In this document: positions 1 to 10,924 of the stretch, in pieces
How positions within the stretch are numbered: position 1 is the first letter of the stretch
Layout: every line of letters starts with the position of its first letter
NCBI GenBank assembly: GCA_963738835.1
Contig: CAVTYH010000009.1
Span: 77-64,076, forward strand
Source: Pirellulales bacterium
Lineage (GTDB): Bacteria; Planctomycetota; Planctomycetia; Pirellulales; JADZDJ01
Direction of reading: 5' to 3'
DNA length: 64,000 bases
Notes under the pieces: model-generated
Seen by the model: the letters and a program-made list of their open reading frames with translations, nothing else
Databases searched by the model: none
What the model was told of the DNA's origin: nothing
Translations under genes and position numbers: made by a program

Positions 1-824
1 GGTGGGCGCCTCCGAGCGGTTCGTCGATCACATCGTCGATCACACCGAATTTTAGCAAATCCCGCGATGTGAGTTTTAACGCCTGGGCCGCCTGTTCCTT
101 GTAGTTGGCGCTCTTCCACAGGATGCCGGCGCAGCCTTCGGGACCGATAACCGAGTAGTAGGCGTGCTCTAAGACGGCGACTTTATCTCCCACGCCAATG
201 GCCAATGCGCCGCCGGAGCTGCCTTCGCCGATAACCACGCAAATGATCGGTGTGGGAAGTTGCGACATCAGAAACATGCTTTCGGCAATCACTTGGGCGA
301 TGCCTCGTTCCTCCGCTCCGACGCCGGGGTACGCGCCTTGAGTATCGATCAGACAGATTACCGGTAGGCCGTACTTGGCAGCCAACCGCATTTTAGCCAT
401 GGCCTTGCGATAGCCTTCTGGATGCGCACAGCCGAAGTGGCAAGCATTTCGTTCCTTAAGTGTTTTGCCCTTTTGCTGGCCGATGAACAGCACTTTGTAT
501 TGATCGAGCTTGGCGAAACCGGTGCGAATGGCCGGATCGTCGCGGAACGATTTGTCGCCGTGCAATTCGACGAACTCATCGAACACCAGCGACAAATAAT
601 CGGTAGTCATGGGCCGATCGGGATGCCGCGCCACCTGCACCGTTTGCCAAGGGTTTAAACTTGTGAAGATTTTTCGCTTGAGATCGGTAAGTTCGCGCTT
701 TCAGCCGCCGCAGGTCTTCCTGACGCTCCGGAGTCTTATCGCGCTCCGCTTCGACCGCAGCGATCTGCTCTTCAAGCTCGTAGATCGGCTTTTCGAACGA
801 CAAGCGGTGCAACGCGGTGGCCAT
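1..824 (-). CDS. accA: acetyl-CoA carboxylase carboxyltransferase alpha subunit. The C-terminus is cut by the window edge and the frame is broken by about 1 nt near 691-699.
   Basis: ORF 576..824 (MATALHRLSFEKPIYELEEQI...RRLKA) continues in a second frame as ELTDLKRKIFTSLNPWQTVQVARHPDRP...ICLIDTQGAYPGVGAEERG...VIGEGSSGGALAIG down to position 1. A TGA at 701-703 closes that second frame upstream. Confidence 0.85.
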
Positions 825-856
825 GAGATTCTACGGATTTGAAAAATAAATGTTGA

Positions 857-1741
857 CTACGATTGGGAAGTCTTCTCTTCTGTTTTCGACGGTGTCGGCA
901 TGCGAATAAACACCTTCATGTTTTTTAACGCTTTTGAAACGTCGTTCATTGATTGCGGTCGGTTGGCAGGATCCTTGGCTAACATTTTACGGACCAACTC
1001 CGCAAACTCCGAGGTCACATCGCGGCCAGTCGATTCCAGCGGCGGCGGCGGGTTTTGCAGATGCTTTGTCAGTAATTCTTGTGTGTTTTGTCCGGTGAAC
1101 GGCGGTTTGCCAGCGATCAATTCGTGGAACATGCAGCCAAGCCCGTAGATGTCGGATCTTTCGTCAACGCCCCGGCCGCGAATTTGCTCGGGCGACATAT
1201 AGCTCCGCGTCCCTTGAATTTTCGACTTGCCTCCAAACAGTCGACCCAGAGCGCCTTTGCGTCGTTCGGCTAAGGCAAAATCGATAAGTTTGACGGTCCC
1301 CTCTCGATTCATCAAAAAATTGTCGGGCTTGACGTCACGGTGGATCCAACCCTGGCTATGCAAGTATCCCAAGCCGGCGGTGGCTTGCTCGAAAAGCTTC
1401 GCCGCCAGCGGAGCAATACCGTCGACTCCCACGTCGAGCAGACTTTGTTTCAAATTCAGGGCGGGAAACAATTCCATCGCCAAATACACCGCCCCGCGAT
1501 ACATTTGGAAATCGTAGATGTGGATGACTTGGGGATGATCGAGATCGCGGCCGACGCTGAACTCGCGTTTCAGCAAATTCACCTGGTCCCGATTTTGGGC
1601 ATAAGCATCGACGAGAATTTTGAGTGCTCGGCGTTTCTGCTCGGTATCGTCGATTACTTCCCAGACCTGGCAACTGCGGCCGGTGCCGACAATCGACAAC
1701 AGTCGATAACGCCCAATACGTTTATCTTCCAACCAACCCAC
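857..1741 (-). CDS. Ser/Thr protein kinase (kinase domain only, 294 aa)
   Basis: Hanks-type motifs are present: GTGRSCQVW glycine loop, ALKIL lysine, HRDVKPDNF catalytic loop, DFALAE, SYMSPEQ. Confidence 0.9.
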   Translation of the reverse strand: MGWLEDKRIGRYRLLSIVGTGRSCQVWEVIDDTEQKRRALKILVDAYAQNRDQVNLLKREFSVGRDLDHPQVIHIYDFQMYRGAVYLAMELFPALNLKQSLLDVGVDGIAPLAAKLFEQATAGLGYLHSQGWIHRDVKPDNFLMNREGTVKLIDFALAERRKGALGRLFGGKSKIQGTRSYMSPEQIRGRGVDERSDIYGLGCMFHELIAGKPPFTGQNTQELLTKHLQNPPPPLESTGRDVTSEFAELVRKMLAKDPANRPQSMNDVSKALKNMKVFIRMPTPSKTEEKTSQS

Positions 1742-1842
1742 GGTTGAATCACCAGTTGCGATGAACTTCTAGTGCCCCTTCGATCCCAAACTTCATAGCT
1801 TACTCCAACAGTCTCCAGCCGACAATCGGACGCGGCGCCTGT

Positions 1843-2592
1843 TCAGTAGCCAACACAGACCAAAAAAAGTCCCTGCGGCGGCGCGGTCGGGCCTGCGCGT
1901 CGGCGATCGCGGGCCGCCAAGACATCGGCAATCCAGTTTTCGCTTTGCCTCCCCTGCCCGACTTCGACCAGCGTGCCGACCAAATTGCGCACCATGTTGT
2001 ACAAGAACCCATCGGCTTCGACTTCAAATTGCACAACGTGGTCGTCTGGCGCTTCGGCACGATGCACGATCAGATCGAAAACGGTCCGGATCGTTGTTTC
2101 GCGCTCCGAGCCGCTGGTTTCGAAGCTCGCGAAATCGTGCCGGCCGACCAGCACTTGCGCCCCCCTGCTCATCGCTTCGACATCCAGCCGGCGATTAATC
2201 TGCCAGGCATAGCGCCTGCGGAAAACGTCTCGCACGCGACCGTCACAAATCACATAGCGATAACGTTTGTGCTTGGCATCACGCCTGGCATTGAATCTCG
2301 GCGCAGCGTCCTCTACGGATACCGCCGACATGTCGTGCGGTAGCTCAGCATTAATTGCTTTGTGCAGTACTTCTATCGACAGAGAGCTTTCCGTCTCGAA
2401 GCTAACGACCTGACCAAGTGCGTGCACGCCGGCATCAGTGCGGCCGCTGGCAAAAACTCTCGATTGCTGGCCAGTGATTTTCGCCAGTGTTTCTTCGAGC
2501 GTTCCTTGCAGCGTTCGCAATTCTGGCTGCAACTGCCACCCGGCGAAATCGGTGCCGTCATATGCCAGTGTCAGTTTAATAGTGCGCGTCAC
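1843..2592 (-). CDS. truA: tRNA pseudouridine(38-40) synthase
   Basis: 249 aa with LAYDGTDFAGWQ and the SGRTDAGVHALGQV catalytic Asp motif. Confidence 0.9.
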   Translation of the reverse strand: MTRTIKLTLAYDGTDFAGWQLQPELRTLQGTLEETLAKITGQQSRVFASGRTDAGVHALGQVVSFETESSLSIEVLHKAINAELPHDMSAVSVEDAAPRFNARRDAKHKRYRYVICDGRVRDVFRRRYAWQINRRLDVEAMSRGAQVLVGRHDFASFETSGSERETTIRTVFDLIVHRAEAPDDHVVQFEVEADGFLYNMVRNLVGTLVEVGQGRQSENWIADVLAARDRRRAGPTAPPQGLFLVCVGY

Positions 2593-2607
2593 GACCAGAC
2601 AGCTCGA

Positions 2608-3627
2608 CTATACATTCTGTAGCGCTTTTGCTCGCACCAGTAACTCGGCAATTTGCACGGCGTTGGTCGCTGCACCTTTACGAAGGTTGTCGCTCACGCA
2701 CCAAAACGCCAGACCGTTGGGGCTGGAAATATCTTCGCGGATACGGCCGATGAACACATCGTCGCTGCCGTCGCAGTCTTTCGGCATCGGATACAACTTC
2801 CGTTCCAAATCGTCAATCACAGTAATGCCCGCTGCATTAGCGAAAAGTTCCTTGGCGTCATCCACCGTCAATTTTCGCTCGGTTTCGACCAGAATGCTCT
2901 CGCTGTGGCAATTGCTGACTGGCACCCGAACGCAGGTCGGGCACACTTGAATTGAATCGTCGCCAATGATCTTCCGCGTTTCGAGCACCATCTTCATTTC
3001 TTCCGACGTGTACCCCTCGTGCTTGTGCGAGCCGATTTGCGGAATCAAGTTGAACGCAATGTCGTGGACGAATGTTTCGTTCTTATGCACACTGCCGTTA
3101 AGCTTCGCCCGAGTGCCGCTTTCTAAATCGCGGCAACCGGCCAGGCCCGCTCCGCTGGTGGCTTGATAGGTGCTAACAATCACTCGCTTCACGCGAGCCG
3201 CATCGTGTAGTGGTTTGATGGCGACGACAAGTTGTGTGGTTGAACAGTTGGGGCTGGCGATGATGCCCTTGTGATTAAGCACGGCATCGGGATTGACTTC
3301 CGGGATGACCAGCGGCACATCGGGATTCATTCGCCAATAGCCACTTTCGTCGACCACCACGCAACCGCGTTCCACCGCCCAGGGCACAAATTCCTTTGCC
3401 ACTTCGTCTGGCGTGCTGCCGATTGCCACGCCAATGCCGTTAAACGCATCCGGCTCCAGCTTTTCGACCGTATGTTCACGGCCGCGGAAGGCGACTTTTG
3501 TGCCAGCTGAGCGGCCGGACGCTAGAAACTTGAATCGCTGGCAAGGAAAATCTCGCTCTTCCAGCAATTGAAGAATGATGCGTCCCACGGCCCCTGTTGC
3601 ACCCACCACGGCAATCGACTCAAACAC
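2608..3627 (-). CDS. asd: aspartate-semialdehyde dehydrogenase
   Basis: 339 aa with N-terminal VVGATGAVG Rossmann motif, IIASPNCSTTQL active-site Cys and STYQATSGAG. Confidence 0.95.
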   Translation of the reverse strand: MFESIAVVGATGAVGRIILQLLEERDFPCQRFKFLASGRSAGTKVAFRGREHTVEKLEPDAFNGIGVAIGSTPDEVAKEFVPWAVERGCVVVDESGYWRMNPDVPLVIPEVNPDAVLNHKGIIASPNCSTTQLVVAIKPLHDAARVKRVIVSTYQATSGAGLAGCRDLESGTRAKLNGSVHKNETFVHDIAFNLIPQIGSHKHEGYTSEEMKMVLETRKIIGDDSIQVCPTCVRVPVSNCHSESILVETERKLTVDDAKELFANAAGITVIDDLERKLYPMPKDCDGSDDVFIGRIREDISSPNGLAFWCVSDNLRKGAATNAVQIAELLVRAKALQNV

Positions 3628-3793
3628 TGATTTGCTCCTTTGGAGGTCAGGCTTCAGCCCGATCGAATTATCGTTGATTTTGGACGACGCAGTCGAAGCT
3701 GCGCTTGTCAGGCAAAAAGCCTGAACTACAGCTAGGACCCATTAGTATAGGCAGCGGTTCGCGGCCGTATCAACCGCACCATTAAGAGAGAGA

Positions 3794-5058
3794 TTAGCCC
3801 AAATTCTTCCGGGCTTTCTTCTGCAGATTGCAGATATCGATGACCTTGCCATTTTCATCGATCGCCATGTGAAATCGCTGTTCGCCTTCCAGGCGGTGCA
3901 GCGTGAGATGATACGCCTGCTGCGTTGTCGCCAAATACGGCCGCTCTTCAGGTTTTTGCGGTGCCCGAAGCCTGCCCCAGGAACCGTCGCCCAAATAGAC
4001 AATGCCGCTCGGATCAATGTGTCCGTCCTTCATCGGGTGCGTGCGCTTAAAGGTATGATCGTGATGCTCAAGCACGACGTCGACATTGTATTTTTCGAAA
4101 AGCGGACACCAATGGGTGCGATTGCCTTCGCCTGTCCCTCCTTTGCCGTCTTCCGACGATGGCGCCGGCCGATATGACGGATACGCCGGCACGTGGTTGA
4201 CGACAATCAAATTCGGAAATCCTTCCCGTACGGCCAGCGTCTTGTCGAGCCAATCGGTTTGTTCGCCGTCAATCGGCGCGACGTGACCGGTGTCTAAAAG
4301 CACAAGGCTCAAGTAGTCGCCGAAATCGAGTGAGGCAAAACTCTTTTCGGCGTACAACCCGTCATGCAGTGCAAAAAAATACGGGGCGTCTTTGCGCGGC
4401 TTGCCGTAGCCACCGCTGACTTCATGGTTGCCAATGCACACGACCATGGGTATCAAACGACCACGCTGTCAACCATGTTCTGGCTGTAATTGCGCATGAA
4501 CTGGAATGCGATGTCGGAATGTCGCCCATCGTCGTAGCCTAAATCGCCGCCGATCAGTGCAAACATCGGGTCCTGTTTGGCGGCGATCTTGTTGTTTGCC
4601 ACCGCATGAACATTTACGCCGCAATCGCCACCGGAAACGAAATGAAACGAATCGGTCGCTTTCGCCGGCATGGTGCGGAACCGATACGCCGGCGATTGCC
4701 CACCGATACGGAATTCGTACTCCGTGCCAGGCTTCAGATTTGTGAATTCGGCGCGGAAGACATGCTGATCGGTAGTCGGAAATGGATGAGACTTTGCCCC
4801 AATTTTTTGAGCGTCTGTTTTTCCCAGCGGTGCGCACGAAATGCTCGCATCTTTGATCTCGCCTTGTTTGCCGATCCACTGCACCGTCATCGTCGTGGTC
4901 GGATCTCGCTGCCAGGTGAGAAAGAGGGTATCGGGCCTAAAGCCTGTACTGTCAGCGGCCGACTTCTCCGCGCCGGAAATAATCGTTCCGCCGCCAAACG
5001 CCGCCGCCATGCCGCCCAAGCTGGTCCCCAAAAAACGCCGACGATCAATTCCCAACAT
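3794..5058 (-). CDS. Tat-signal metallophosphoesterase (purple-acid-phosphatase-like), split by a 1-nt deletion near 4455-4468
   Basis: ORF 4453..5058 starts with the twin-arginine signal MLGIDRRRFLGTS and ends ...GGDLGYDDG...NMVDS. ORF 3794..4456 continues ...GRLIPMVVCIGNHE...VNHVPAYP...LEHHDH. Total length is 1265 nt (3n+2), which fits a single missing base. Confidence 0.75.
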
Positions 5059-5284
5059 ACATGCGCCTCTGGCAGCTAAGGTCGTGACTGGTTTTCAATT
5101 CCCACTTCAGAATTTGAAGCGGTACCGTGCGCGAAGTCAATTGCAGTCAAAGTTAAAATCAGGTTAAAAGTCGCAAATCATATGGTTCTAAGGAACGGCA
5201 ATCCCATTGACTGAGGTTCGCAGGCACTTGATAGCGGAGTATAGAAAGAATGGTCTCTCGCAACCCGCTCGAAGTTGGCGACCC

Positions 5285-6367
5285 TTAGCGAGAACGTCCT
5301 GCACGAGTCGCCGGGTGCTTCCCCCCTGCCCTGCCCTGCCTCGTTCGACTCGCTTCCGGAGTGCTGACTGTTTTGGCGATGTTCGCGGGCTCAGCCGGGA
5401 AATCAGACGATTTATGGTTAACCAGTCGCCTCACGACCCACGGAGAGACAAATGCCATGTTGCCGATCAGCATTGCCAGGCCAAATGTCCACATGCCCAG
5501 GAACATGCCAATCCCCAAATGCACCCCCGCCGCAATCGCCAACACAATCGGCCTAGTAAGCCGCGGCCAGACAAGCACGCAGTACGAAGCTTCCCAGAAC
5601 ACGGTGATGTGTGTGAGAGCATAGACGAGAATTGGATATCGAACCAGCCACGTTGCGGAAAGCGATTGATACTCGAGATTAGCGACTGCCATTAGAACTG
5701 CGTCACCGTTCCACCACATTTCACCTTGAATTTTGCCGATGCCTGAGAATAGATAAATCACGCACATATGCACCTGCAATAGGCGAATTGCGATGTTGGC
5801 ACCAACGCTTTCCTCAATGGGAAGGTTCCGACCGATACTCCTTCGTTTGAGCCAACGATCGAGTGAGTATGCGGCACCGCTCGGGCCAATCATCAAGTAA
5901 AGCGCCAACATCGCATTCGTGTCGTCCAAGCCGAACTGCGCGAATGAAGCTCGATTGATATATGAGACAGTGGCAAAGAACGCGAGGACGGACATCGTTC
6001 GAGTCCACAAGCCGACTGTGAACAAGGTGAAAATAATTAAAGCTGCGGCGTGTGCTATCCAAAGAAGGCCAGTCGAGTGAATCCAATAAAAATAGCTCCA
6101 CTGGAATGGAGAATGTTCCGGAAGGCTGCCGATTGTCTCTGGCGTGAGCCAACCGTGGGGACCAAAGAATCCCGGTAAATCGAGTGTCCACACCAGATGG
6201 GTGTAAAGGAGCATGAGGCCAGCAAGGATGCGAATTAGCCCCAGCGTAGCGGGATCGGACGGCGAAAACCAAAACGAGTTCCAGCCTGCGACTGTGCCCC
6301 GGTGCAGGTCACGAAAATAGTTGGCGACGAGGTTCATAAGCTTTGGGCGTCGAAGGATTTTGTCCAC
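5285..6367 (-). CDS. polytopic membrane protein, HTTM (vitamin-K-dependent gamma-carboxylase-like) domain candidate
   Basis: 360 aa. N-terminal WFSPSDPATLGLIRILAGLMLLYT followed by repeated hydrophobic helices resembles HTTM-domain proteins. Assignment is from memory of the family only. Confidence 0.55.
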   Translation of the reverse strand: MDKILRRPKLMNLVANYFRDLHRGTVAGWNSFWFSPSDPATLGLIRILAGLMLLYTHLVWTLDLPGFFGPHGWLTPETIGSLPEHSPFQWSYFYWIHSTGLLWIAHAAALIIFTLFTVGLWTRTMSVLAFFATVSYINRASFAQFGLDDTNAMLALYLMIGPSGAAYSLDRWLKRRSIGRNLPIEESVGANIAIRLLQVHMCVIYLFSGIGKIQGEMWWNGDAVLMAVANLEYQSLSATWLVRYPILVYALTHITVFWEASYCVLVWPRLTRPIVLAIAAGVHLGIGMFLGMWTFGLAMLIGNMAFVSPWVVRRLVNHKSSDFPAEPANIAKTVSTPEASRTRQGRAGGKHPATRAGRSR

Positions 6368-6966
6368 AATGTTCTGTATGAGGACGGTTCATCCAGCGGC
6401 CGGTTTCGCTCCAGGGCTTGCACATCTGGCAATTCGTGTCGAACCAACTCCAACGTTACTTTCTTGGCGCCTGTGGACTCTAAAAGGTGCATTGCAAATG
6501 ATTTCGCAACTGCGTTGAATGACTCCCACTCCGCCTGCCACCGATTCCGAACATCTGGCGGTGCATCTGCAGGCAGATTTGGTGGCGGCAAATGGCCGTC
6601 CAACTTTTCGCTCAGCATAAAATGACGGTGGTAGAAAAGTCGTGGCCATTCTGTTTGCTTATCCGGAAATGTATGGGTTTGAGTTGTGCCGTCGGGCATT
6701 TCAATTTTGTAGCGGACCAAATGACTTGGACCCGGCTGTGGTGCAAAGAAACGATATCCATGATCGAGATACGCGAAATCCAGATAAGGACGAAATGTTG
6801 CAGCGAGATTCTGTTGCAACTCGCTCGACGGCGGCATTGCCATCGGTGCCGAAATGATTGCCGTGAGGTGCAGCAACAGCGCGATGCTGATCAGCACTCG
6901 CCAATGCGTGGCGAGTTTTTGCGGCGGAAGGGCAGTCGGCGGATTAGCGGCAGCGCTGGCCATCAC
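6334..6966 (-). CDS. hypothetical membrane-anchored protein, translationally overlapped with the HTTM-like gene
   Basis: 210-aa ORF with one N-terminal TM helix (WRVLISIALLLHLTAIISA). It overlaps the downstream gene by 34 nt. No recognisable domain. Confidence 0.5.
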   Translation of the reverse strand: MMASAAANPPTALPPQKLATHWRVLISIALLLHLTAIISAPMAMPPSSELQQNLAATFRPYLDFAYLDHGYRFFAPQPGPSHLVRYKIEMPDGTTQTHTFPDKQTEWPRLFYHRHFMLSEKLDGHLPPPNLPADAPPDVRNRWQAEWESFNAVAKSFAMHLLESTGAKKVTLELVRHELPDVQALERNRPLDEPSSYRTLWTKSFDAQSL

Positions 6967-7144
6967 TACGGCTTATCGGAAACGGATGCCGTTGGCAATG
7001 AAGACCTGGCAGAATTTAGCGATTATGTCGGAATAAGTGGGCGGTTGGCAGCAGGCGGTTCCAGAACCGATGAGTCGAAGCAGCGGCCTTCTCTTCTTAT
7101 CTCACGCAGCAAACGCTTGCCGAATTCAGCACACTGGATGATTC

Positions 7145-7183
7145 CAAAAAGCGAAAAACGCCCCCGCACGGCGGACCGTGCGG
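7145..7183 (-). terminator. rho-independent terminator downstream of the TIGR03000 gene
   Basis: Perfect 8-bp GC stem ccgcacgg/ccgtgcgg (7164-7171 / 7176-7183). On the minus strand it is followed by gggcgtttttcgcttttt. Confidence 0.55.
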
Positions 7184-7254
7184 AGGCGTGGGCTCAGTTG
7201 CTGTTCTTCGAGGATGATTCGCTTCCGCGAGCCACTGACTTTCGAATAAACTGC

Positions 7255-8338
7255 TTATCGATTAGCAGCAGCCGTGCTGGCCACTGCGTTCGAGGTGAAG
7301 TCGAACGTCAAATCTTTATCCTCGCCGCCAGTCAGCGTAATTGTTTCCTCTTTGCTCACCTCGCGGCCATCGACATTGGCGGTGACACGCACGGTGTAGT
7401 CTTTCCAGTCGGTTCCGGGAGCGAGCTTCGTGGTGGTGAACTCACGCACATCGCCATTGGAAGTTGTCTCGTGACCCGAGAGAGTAACCTTGGCATCGGC
7501 CGGAACGTGCAGCGTCAGCTTCGTCTTGGTCTTGCTGCCGGCTGCGACGGGAGCGTCCTTCGAGCCGTCCAAATTGAAGGCCAGACCGGCTAACTCGCCA
7601 GGTCCGAGCGTAACGTTCTTGGTCTCGGTCACCGTGCTGCCATCACGAGTCATTTCGGCCCGAACTTCATAGGCATATCGGTTCCCCGACTGTAGCCCAC
7701 GGCTCACGTATTGCCGCTGAGTTCCCGTGCTCGTAGTCTCAACGCCATTGACGTAAATTTTGGCATCGGCCGGTACGCTCACGTTTAGCAGAGCGGTTTG
7801 TGCACCGTCCATGCTGCGATACATTGCGCCTGGGCATGGGTGTCGGCGGCGTGTCGCTGCCCGGACCCGGTGTCGGAGGAGTTGGCGTTGTCGGCGGAGC
7901 CCCGGCAGGACCAGTTGAACCTGGAGTGGTCACCGGGCCATCGTAAATCACGGTGCCGCCCGAAGAACCGCCGCTGGAGCCCCAGCTACCGCCGCTCGAT
8001 CCATAGTAGCCGCCGCTAGATCCCCAGCTGCCGCCGCTCGAGTAGTAATAAGCATGGTGCCAGTGGTGTCCGCCCCAGCTACCGCCTGAAGAACCGCCGG
8101 ACGAACCGCCGCTGGAACCCCAGTATCCGCCGGACGAACCCCAGCTTCCGCCGCTGGAACCGCCGCTCGATCCCCAGTAATCGCCCGAGGAACCCCAACT
8201 TCCGCCGCTAGAACCCCAGCTACCACCGCTGGAACCGCCCCAGTGATGGAACGCTTGTGAACTCCGCACGTCGACCACCAGGCCGGCCACTGCCACAGCC
8301 GCGGCGATCGACCACTTGGTCAGGTACCTTCGCAACAT
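7255..8338 (-). CDS. secreted TIGR03000-domain protein with a Gly/Ser/Trp/Tyr-rich N-terminal region, split by a 1-nt insertion near 7831
   Basis: Signal peptide MLRRYLTKWSIAAAVAVAGLVV, then about 100 aa of SSGGSWG repeats and a Pro/Thr linker. A second frame then gives MYRSMDGAQTALLNVSVPADAKIYVNG...YAYEVRAE, a duplicated TIGR03000-like module. Length is 3n+1. Confidence 0.75.
7952..8248 (-). repeat. coding low-complexity repeat (SSGGSWG / GYWGSSGG units with a central HHWHHAYYY)
   Basis: About 99 codons made almost entirely of G, S, W, Y and H. Seen directly in the translation of 7739..8428. Confidence 0.8.
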
Positions 8339-8743
8339 GAATGTGCTCCCTGTGATTTCGTGAATTCGATTGACTTTTGGGCGAGACTTTATCACCTCAA
8401 AACATACAAACACTAGCACGCAATTCAAGTAGATTGGGTAATTTTTTCCGGTTAGGTTCTCTGCGATAAACCCACGAAATCTCTAGGCAAGTTGCACTTT
8501 TGGTGCCCGGATTGCCAACTCTGCGTTTTGCGACCTCATCTACGCCGGCTATTCGGTTACAAACCCTTTAACCGTAACCGATTGAGTTCCGAACGACCTC
8601 CAGCAACTGAGCGGTTTCTTCCCGGCCGTGCAGCCTGCACAATCCGGCCGATCCGACATCGCGGCAGTCAGGCTGAACGATTTATAATCTGGCCGCCTTC
8701 CTTCCCCCATCCTGCGTTACCCGCACACGCCACAATATCCGCC

Positions 8744-9841
8744 ATGGATGGCAACTTACGCCCTCGTCGAACTGCATTGGCAATTGCCATCTTGGGGCTA
8801 CTGCTGGTTGGTATTGGTTGGTTGGGCATTGTCCGTAGCGAGGAAATTACCGAGGGCACGGGCCGGCTGGTTCGTCAACAAATCGTGTGGTCGGTTCTCG
8901 GGCTCATCTTGGCGGGGGGCTTGAATTCGTTCCATTACCGCTGGTTCGCGCGGCAAGCGGCGCCGATTTATTTGCTGGCGATTGCGGGGCTGCTTTCGGT
9001 CTACGCGTTTCCGGCGGTCAACGGGGCGCATCGTTGGATTCGCTTAGGCGGCGTGGGACTTCAACCTTCCGAGTTCGCCAAGCTGGCGTTCATCATGGCG
9101 ATGTCTGCCTTCCTCATGCACCGCACTCTACAGCCGGGTGTCATTCATTTGGTGCGTCCGCTCGTGCTCGCCGGTCTGCCCCTGCTGCTGATTCTCAAAG
9201 AGCCCGATCTGGGCACGTCGTTGGTTTTCTTGCCGGTGCTCTTTGCGATGCTGTTCGCAGCGGGCGTTCGGCGGCGCGATCTCGCGCAACTGGTTGCGAT
9301 CGGGCTGATGCTACTGCCGTTGTTGTGGAGCCAGATGAGCCACGAGCAACGCTCACGGGTGACGGCGCTGTGGGAACAAAACGGACCACGCGAATCTTCT
9401 ACGCCCGATGGCTTTCATCTCGATCAGGCCAAGCGAATGTTCGCCATCGGCGGCATGTTTGGCAGCGTGATCTCGACCGATGCAAACACCGACGACGACT
9501 TGCCCGCCTGCCGCGTTCCCGAGCCGCATACCGATTCCATCTTCTGTGTGATCGGCGAACGCTTTGGCCTGGTGGGCGCCGGCGTCGTGCTGCTTCTCTT
9601 CACCGCACTCATCGGCTCGTGCCTCTTGGTTGCTGCCGGCACCGAAGAACCGTTTGGTCGTCTGGTGGCCATCGGGGTCGCAGCGCTCTTTGCCGGCGAA
9701 GTGCTGATCAACACCGGCATGCTCGTCGGCCTCTTGCCCATCACCGGCGTCTCGCTGCCGCTAGTGAGCTACGGCGGCTCCGGCCTCATCGGCCATCTCT
9801 TATCGCTCGGCCTGGTGATTAGCGTTGCTCGCCATACTTAG
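8744..9841 (+). CDS. SEDS-family peptidoglycan glycosyltransferase (FtsW/RodA/SpoVE)
   Basis: Motifs GLQPSEFAKLAFIMAMS, KEPDLGTSLVF, PEPHTDSIFCVIGERFG and VSLPLVSYGGSG. I place the start at ATG 8744 (MDGNLRPRR), not at the ORF-track start 8492. Confidence 0.85.
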   Translation: MDGNLRPRRTALAIAILGLLLVGIGWLGIVRSEEITEGTGRLVRQQIVWSVLGLILAGGLNSFHYRWFARQAAPIYLLAIAGLLSVYAFPAVNGAHRWIRLGGVGLQPSEFAKLAFIMAMSAFLMHRTLQPGVIHLVRPLVLAGLPLLLILKEPDLGTSLVFLPVLFAMLFAAGVRRRDLAQLVAIGLMLLPLLWSQMSHEQRSRVTALWEQNGPRESSTPDGFHLDQAKRMFAIGGMFGSVISTDANTDDDLPACRVPEPHTDSIFCVIGERFGLVGAGVVLLLFTALIGSCLLVAAGTEEPFGRLVAIGVAALFAGEVLINTGMLVGLLPITGVSLPLVSYGGSGLIGHLLSLGLVISVARHT

Positions 9842-10237
9842 CCCGACCGTGCCAGAACAGATTTTATTTGCCCCGATCGAGAAGCACGCGCACAAAAAAT
9901 TAAAATCGAGGGGACAATGTTTGGGAAACGAGCCTGGAAAACAAGCCGTTTTTGAAAAACATTGCGACATGACTGTGACACGGCAATTGTCAGTTTTCCG
10001 TGGTTCGTTGTTATTATCCTCCCTCGCCCTTTGGGAGAGGGCCGGGGTGAGGGGGCTGCATGCTGTGTGGTCTGTCGCAACTGACAACCGGACCCCTGAC
10101 GACGAACGACTCGCACCAAAAATAAAACTTGAGGGTAAAGTATTCGCGCGAAATCCTCGTAAAAACCAGTGTTTTGCGCCCCACACTTTGTCATCACTTT
10201 ACCCTGCCGCGCACGAGTGGCAGCCGAGTGGAATATT

Positions 10238-10340
10238 CACCGCGGAGGACGCTGAGTCACGCAGAGGAGTCGCAGGAAGTTTAAAAGCATGCTTGATCAC
10301 TCCGCGCTTCCCTCTGCGAACCTCTGCGTCCCCTGCGGTG
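10238..10340. repeat. inverted pair of a GGAGRACRCTGAGKCACGSAGAGG-type intergenic repeat
   Basis: caccgcggaggacgctgagtcacgcagagg (10238-10267) is about 80% identical to the reverse complement of ctccgcgcttccctctgcgaacctctgcgtcccctgcggtg (10300-10340). The same family recurs at 21338-21468. Confidence 0.6.
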
Positions 10341-10924
10341 CATTGCTGGACTTACCGCGCGCAGTCTGGCCCAACCTCGGGCGGCGCTGGCCCGAGGCGG
10401 GGAAATGTAATGCTCACTTGTCAAAGACCGGCAGCCGGCGCTGGCATGGGGTTGAAATGTCTTGTTAGACCGGAAACAAAGGGTCGGTCAGCAACCCAAG
10501 ACATCCCGCGCAGCCTGTCGGCCGGGACTCAAAGTTCCACCGGCCATTGTAGCAATAAGTGTACAAATGTCAACATATGTTTTGGGCCAAGCGTACCGAA
10601 TCAATGGATGAAAGAGTCAAGAATCGGGAGTCGGGGATCGGAAAAGCGAGCAGGGAGCGTCAGCGACCGGAGCCCCGTTGTGCACTGGCTTCCTGGCTCC
10701 ACACATCAATTGATCGCAGGTCTCACTTTGTCGGGATGGAGACCTGCGGTTGCCCTGGTGACACGGTCCGAAGACCATGCCAGAACAGCGCAATCTGCGG
10801 CAGATCACTGGCGGCGATATTGCGTCACAAACGGCAGTCCTGCAGACCAACGTAGAAAACAATTGACGGTAGACAGCGATGCCGTAAAATTGCAACGTTT
10901 GTTTGCCGCAGAATTGCGGCACAA

